This document shows positions 7,074 through 10,949 of a DNA stretch of 10,949 bases, piece after piece; within the stretch, counting starts at the first letter, position 1, and each line of letters starts with the position of its first letter. This DNA is from Candidatus Cloacimonadota bacterium (GTDB taxonomy: Bacteria; Cloacimonadota; Cloacimonadia; Cloacimonadales; WRIO01), in NCBI GenBank assembly GCA_029564175.1, contig JAKQQL010000228.1, positions 1 through 10,949 on the forward strand, in the 5' to 3' direction. A program made the translations under genes and the position numbers. The notes under the pieces were generated by a model that saw only the letters and a program-made list of their open reading frames with translations, did not search any database and was not told where the DNA came from.

Positions 7074-7110
7074 GCAAATCTCATTCGTTATATTTGCAAG
7101 CAGGCGAAAT

Positions 7111-8460
7111 TTACGATCGCTGATTTACTAATTTAACTTTCTGAAATGCTGAGCCCGGGTTATCTTTAGCAACGAGCAATTCTGCCCAGCAGGTGGTAAA
7201 TTGGGGGGAAAGAATTTCTCTGCGCATACGCCATTTCTTCAAAACACCATTAGACGCAAAGTAAATCTTGTGACTGCCATATTTCTGATTAATTTTATCC
7301 ATGCAAAGCATCAGCTTCTTCTTGTCCTGCTGACAGTAAGGTACGTCAAACAGAGTGGGTTGAATATCTTTTTCCAAAATGATATCGCTTATCATGACTC
7401 CGCATTTCTTATACAAATATCCTGGTTTAAAGATTTTTCTCAATATTGTTTTCCCTAATTGAATAAAATCTGGTGTATAAGCAGAATAATCTGGCAATCT
7501 GCTATACATAAAATTGGCATACTGCGGATCATTACGGAATGGGTTAGTGCAAAGATACACAAATAACTGACGGGCAACGCTCTTCTGCGATCGAAGACGC
7601 TCAACTGCATTACTGCAAAAAGAAGACATCGCTTCTTCCATATCCTCATAATCTTTTACCGGATGACCAAATGAACGTGAAGAAACAATCTGCTTACGCG
7701 GATTGGCCGTATTCTCCATTTCAATACATGGATAACCTTTCAGTTCCAAAACGGTTCGTAAACCAACTACCGTAAACTGGTTACGCACCCACTCATTTTC
7801 CAGATGTAGTAAATCAGCAGCAGTCATTAAGCCCATTTTTTTCATCTTTTTGGAATACTGTCTGCCTACCCCCCATATATCTTCCAGATCAATTGTTGAA
7901 AGTATCTTTTCCATTTTCGGATGATCTACGATATTAAAAACACCCTGATACGCTTTGTAGGTTTTTGCGACTTTATTGGCAATTTTTGCCAGTGTTTTAG
8001 TCGTTCCAATACCAATGGAAACAGGAATACCTGTCCATTTCATCACCGTTTGACGAATCGTTTGGGCATATGCCGTCAAATCCATATGTTCCATGCCTTT
8101 AAAAGAAAGAAAAGCCTCATCTATTGAATAGATTTCGATATCCGGAGCAAAGGAAGCAATCGTTTTCATCACCCGCGCTGACATATCGCCATATAGGGTA
8201 TAATTGGATGAAAAAAGGTAAAGTTCATGCTGTTCCTGTACAGGTCTGATCTGATATGCAGGTGTTCCCCGTTTGATTCCAAGCGCTTTCATTTCAGGAG
8301 AAAGGGCTACCAGACAACCATCATTATTGGATAGTACACCGACCGGTTTCCCTTCCAGATAAGGCTGAAAAACACGCTCACAGGAGACATAAAACTGATT
8401 ACAGTCCACCAGTGCATATATTGGACGCTGATTCTTTTCCGGTTTGCGAAATTCCACCAT
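7111..8460 (-). CDS. umuC: Y-family DNA polymerase V catalytic subunit UmuC
   Basis: Motifs LVDCNQFYVSCERVF, LSNNDGC, SSNYTLYGDMS, YSIDEAF, TKTLAKIAN, DIWGVGR, SRSFG and the C-terminal DUF4113-type WRMRREILSPQFTT. Lies 12 nt downstream of umuD. Confidence 0.95.
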   Translation of the reverse strand: MVEFRKPEKNQRPIYALVDCNQFYVSCERVFQPYLEGKPVGVLSNNDGCLVALSPEMKALGIKRGTPAYQIRPVQEQHELYLFSSNYTLYGDMSARVMKTIASFAPDIEIYSIDEAFLSFKGMEHMDLTAYAQTIRQTVMKWTGIPVSIGIGTTKTLAKIANKVAKTYKAYQGVFNIVDHPKMEKILSTIDLEDIWGVGRQYSKKMKKMGLMTAADLLHLENEWVRNQFTVVGLRTVLELKGYPCIEMENTANPRKQIVSSRSFGHPVKDYEDMEEAMSSFCSNAVERLRSQKSVARQLFVYLCTNPFRNDPQYANFMYSRLPDYSAYTPDFIQLGKTILRKIFKPGYLYKKCGVMISDIILEKDIQPTLFDVPYCQQDKKKLMLCMDKINQKYGSHKIYFASNGVLKKWRMRREILSPQFTTCWAELLVAKDNPGSAFQKVKLVNQRS

Positions 8461-8472
8461 GTTCTGCCCTTT

Positions 8473-8922
8473 TTACAACTTATGGATTACATTGGTTACC
8501 ACACCCCATATCGAAAAATCCATCCCCTCATGAATCCTGACAGGCTCATAATCAGGATTATCCGGCATTAGAAAACATACACCTTTTTTATCAATATGCA
8601 GCCGCTTAACCGTAAATTCACCATCAACGACTGCAATGACAATCTTGCCATTCACTGCATCCAGTGAACGATCTACAATCAAAATATCCTCCGGATAGAT
8701 CCCGGCATTCAGCATCGAATAGCCTTCCACCCGCACAAAATAGGTCGCTGCCGGATGTTGTATCAAAAGTTCATTCAAATCCAGCACATCTTCAATATAA
8801 TCCTGAGCAGGAGAAGGAAAACCGGCAGGCACCACTGCTCCAATCATTGGCACTTGCTGACCGGCTGTACAAGAATACAGCATCCGTACTGGCTCCAGGT
8901 TTTTATGTATTATATGATTCAT
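8473..8922 (-). CDS. umuD: DNA polymerase V accessory subunit UmuD (S24 peptidase, autocleaving)
   Basis: Cleavage region VPAGFPSPA, catalytic Ser in VEGYSM and catalytic Lys in EFTVKRL. No N-terminal HTH, so not LexA. SD GGAGGT (8932-8927) supports ATG 8922 rather than 8952. Confidence 0.94.
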   Translation of the reverse strand: MNHIIHKNLEPVRMLYSCTAGQQVPMIGAVVPAGFPSPAQDYIEDVLDLNELLIQHPAATYFVRVEGYSMLNAGIYPEDILIVDRSLDAVNGKIVIAVVDGEFTVKRLHIDKKGVCFLMPDNPDYEPVRIHEGMDFSIWGVVTNVIHKL

Positions 8923-8940
8923 CCTGACCTCCCTGATGAA

Positions 8941-8968
8941 ATAATAATTCAATCATTAAAAATGTCAA
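8941..8968 (-). promoter_or_regulatory. Putative sigma70-type promoter for umuDC
   Basis: Minus strand TTGACA (8968-8963), 16 nt spacer, TATTAT (8946-8941), just upstream of the umuD SD. Confidence 0.5.
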
Positions 8969-9146
8969 GCTATTTTTTCATTTTTGCAATATTGTTTTTA
9001 CACATGATAGAGCTTGTGCATTTTAATGCCTATCCGTTTATGAACCATTGTAATTTTAAAATTATGCAAAAAATTGATCTTCTTACGATATTCAAGAATT
9101 TATGAAAAACTATCAGAATATATCAAAATAATTTTATTTTTAATAT

Positions 9147-9179
9147 ATCTATAAACATCTTTATGGTATGTTTATAGAT
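9147..9179. repeat. Perfect 12-bp inverted repeat with 9-nt spacer in intergenic DNA
   Basis: ATCTATAAACAT (9147-9158), CTTTATGGT, ATGTTTATAGAT (9168-9179). Confidence 0.7.
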
Positions 9180-9393
9180 TTTTCATTCCCCTTTCTTTCC
9201 TCTTTCTTTCCTTATCACTTCCTATACGACTATCAATCATTTTTTTTGATAACATCGAAAGAAAATCATATCAACTATTTTATTTTTTAAAACTAATAAT
9301 GGAAACTTTTCTCAAAATACTTTGATTTTGTTTTCAGATTATGAAGAGAATATATCTTGGCAATATGATCGTTTTTATTTTTTTTGTGATTTT

Positions 9394-9420
9394 AAAAAAC
9401 CGGCGGTTTCCCGCCGGTTT
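9394..9420 (-). terminator. Intrinsic terminator of the large secreted-protein gene
   Basis: Minus strand AAACCGGCGG-GAAA-CCGCCGG-TTTTTT, 6 nt after the TAG stop at 9427-9429. Confidence 0.88.
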
Positions 9421-9426
9421 GTCTAA

Positions 9427-10949
9427 CTATTTTATCATCATCATTTTTCGGACAGCAGAGTAATCACTGCTTTGCATGTGATAGAAATAAACTCCGGAGC
9501 TGACAGATTTACCTCTGTCATCCTTTCCATTCCAGGTTACGGTATGATGACCTGCTTTGTATGAATCATTTAACAACTGTTTAACCAGTTGTCCCTTAAT
9601 ATTGTAGATATTGATTTTTACAGGACCGTTCTGTTTTAAATCAAAACGAATATGAGTGGTTGGATTAAACGGATTCGGGTAATTTCCCTTCAATACAGTA
9701 GCTGAAATGAGATGATCATCTATTGAATTAGGTGTCACAATGACCTGCCATTCATGTTCAACGCTGTCTGTACTGTCAGAAACAATTACTTTGACCGTAT
9801 AGGTGCCTTCCTGATCGAATATCGTGTTAAACTGAGCAGAATCAGTCTCAGCAACTACATCATTAATCATCCAAACGAAAGATAAAGAATCACCTTCAAC
9901 ATCTTCTGCAACAATACTAAATGTTGTTTCGATAAGAGCTTCCACATGGATTGTACTGCTATCCGGTGTACTTGTTACAATAAGCGGTGCATCATTGACT
10001 GGCAGAACGATGACCCGAAGGCTATCGCTTATGCTCAATCGTCTGTCATTTTCAGTTACAGTCATTCTGACATAGGTTTCACCAAACCAGTTTTCCTGGA
10101 TACTGACATTGGCAATCATTCCTTCAACTGTGATATTCAGATTAGGGCTTTCTTCTATCGTTAAAGTAAATGAAGAATTATCAGGGTCTATGATAAATGG
10201 TGTCACATCTAATTGAATCTGAGTATCTTCCTGAATCAATACGGAGTCGGGCAATATCAATACAGGGGTATCATTAACAGGATTAACAATGATCAGTACA
10301 GAATCCATGACACAGATTCGAGTGTTTCTCTTGTTTTGTTTTTGTAAATGATTCAATTGTCTTCTGAGAGACATTGTAGGATTTTGTTCATCATTTAATG
10401 TAATATAAATATATTCACTACCAAACCAGTTTTCGGCAGGAGTAACTGTTAAAAGATGACCATTGATCACTGTGTTCAGATGTTCTGTATTCTCAACATT
10501 TAAGACCAGCTGATCTATAGTGTTATCCATATCACTGATGAATTCGGATAAATCAACTGTTAGAACGGAATCTTCTTCTATTGCATAAGATTCAGGCAGA
10601 TTGATCACAGGGGCATCATTAACATTGTTCACTGTCAGACTGACTTCGGTGCTAACAAAAGTCTGTTGTGTGTCTGTGGCTGTGAAGATCAGGGTATGTG
10701 CTCCAAACCAGTTTTGATTTGGAGTGATACTGACAATGCCATTATTGATGGCAATTGACAGACCTTCATGTTCGGAAGTGGTATAAGTCAACTGATCGCC
10801 ATAAGCTAAATCCACATCTGAGAAGATGGCATTCAGATCAAGACCTGAGAATACTGTATCTTCATCAAAAATGATTGGATTGATAGTCTGAATTACGACA
10901 GGCGTATCATTGACCGGAGCAAACGAAACAGTAACGGTGCCATTATCGG
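9427..10949 (-). CDS. 3' part of a large secreted/surface protein: tandem cadherin-like/Ig (tandem-95-type) repeats, a PKD-like domain and a C-terminal FlgD-Ig / T9SS-like sorting domain; 5'-truncated by the window
   Basis: The frame stays open upstream of GTG 10815 to the window edge (DNGTVTVSFAPVNDTPVVIQ...). Four VND(A/T)P linkers and three NWFG motifs, FDQEGTYTVKVIVSD, and the C-terminus GNYPNPFNPTT...IYNIKGQLVKQL...WNGKDDRGKSVSSGVYFY...RKMMMIK. Confidence 0.88.
   Translation of the reverse strand, partial: DNGTVTVSFAPVNDTPVVIQTINPIIFDEDTVFSGLDLNAIFSDVDLAYGDQLTYTTSEHEGLSIAINNGIVSITPNQNWFGAHTLIFTATDTQQTFVSTEVSLTVNNVNDAPVINLPESYAIEEDSVLTVDLSEFISDMDNTIDQLVLNVENTEHLNTVINGHLLTVTPAENWFGSEYIYITLNDEQNPTMSLRRQLNHLQKQNKRNTRICVMDSVLIIVNPVNDTPVLILPDSVLIQEDTQIQLDVTPFIIDPDNSSFTLTIEESPNLNITVEGMIANVSIQENWFGETYVRMTVTENDRRLSISDSLRVIVLPVNDAPLIVTSTPDSSTIHVEALIETTFSIVAEDVEGDSLSFVWMINDVVAETDSAQFNTIFDQEGTYTVKVIVSDSTDSVEHEWQVIVTPNSIDDHLISATVLKGNYPNPFNPTTHIRFDLKQNGPVKINIYNIKGQLVKQLLNDSYKAGHHTVTWNGKDDRGKSVSSGVYFYHMQSSDYSAVRKMMMIK

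Noticed and set aside
7096..7104. Solo REP remnant (GCAAGCAGG) after umuC; similarly TGTAACGAA at 6493-6501
   Set aside because: These are only 9-nt matches with no complete GTAG-plus-palindrome structure, compatible with chance.
8473..8922. LexA repressor
   Set aside because: The S24 domain is present, but there is no N-terminal winged-HTH, and the gene directly precedes umuC, so it is UmuD.
6614..8968. umuDC-crcB as part of a prophage, ICE or plasmid
   Set aside because: No integrase, transposase, tRNA, direct repeats or phage genes are visible, so mobility cannot be supported from this window.
7201..10164. Short ORFs overlapping umuC, umuD and the secreted-protein gene (7201-7458, 7455-7649, 7921-8127, 8664-8927, 8755-9105, 9946-10164)
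   Set aside because: They overlap conserved genes or the umuD promoter and show no family motifs.
10813..10815. GTG 10815 as start of the secreted protein
   Set aside because: The frame is open to the window edge and continues the repeat pattern, and there is no signal peptide. The true start is outside the window.

Overview
AT-rich bacterial chromosomal window. The taxon is inferred as FCB superphylum, most like Candidatus Cloacimonadota: there is a FlgD-Ig/T9SS-like C-terminal domain protein, strong GGAGG Shine-Dalgarno sites and TTGACA-type promoters. The + strand carries a tripartite RND efflux operon: TolC-family outer membrane protein, MFP lipoprotein, AcrB-family permease and a small PII-like (PG0541-type) protein, ending in a bidirectional terminator. 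The - strand carries the 3' part of a large secreted Ig/cadherin-repeat protein, then umuD-umuC (Pol V) and crcB/fluC. A divergent gene starts at the extreme left edge. The most striking non-genic feature is a 5 x 101-bp tandem array (1516-2017) between tolC and the MFP gene. It is built from 15 GTAG-type REP-like hairpins in three classes with compensatory stem changes, i.e. a BIME/REPIN-like element and not a CRISPR. Its first hairpin supplies the tolC stop codon. No RAYT transposase, Cas gene or other clearly new protein system is visible in the window.
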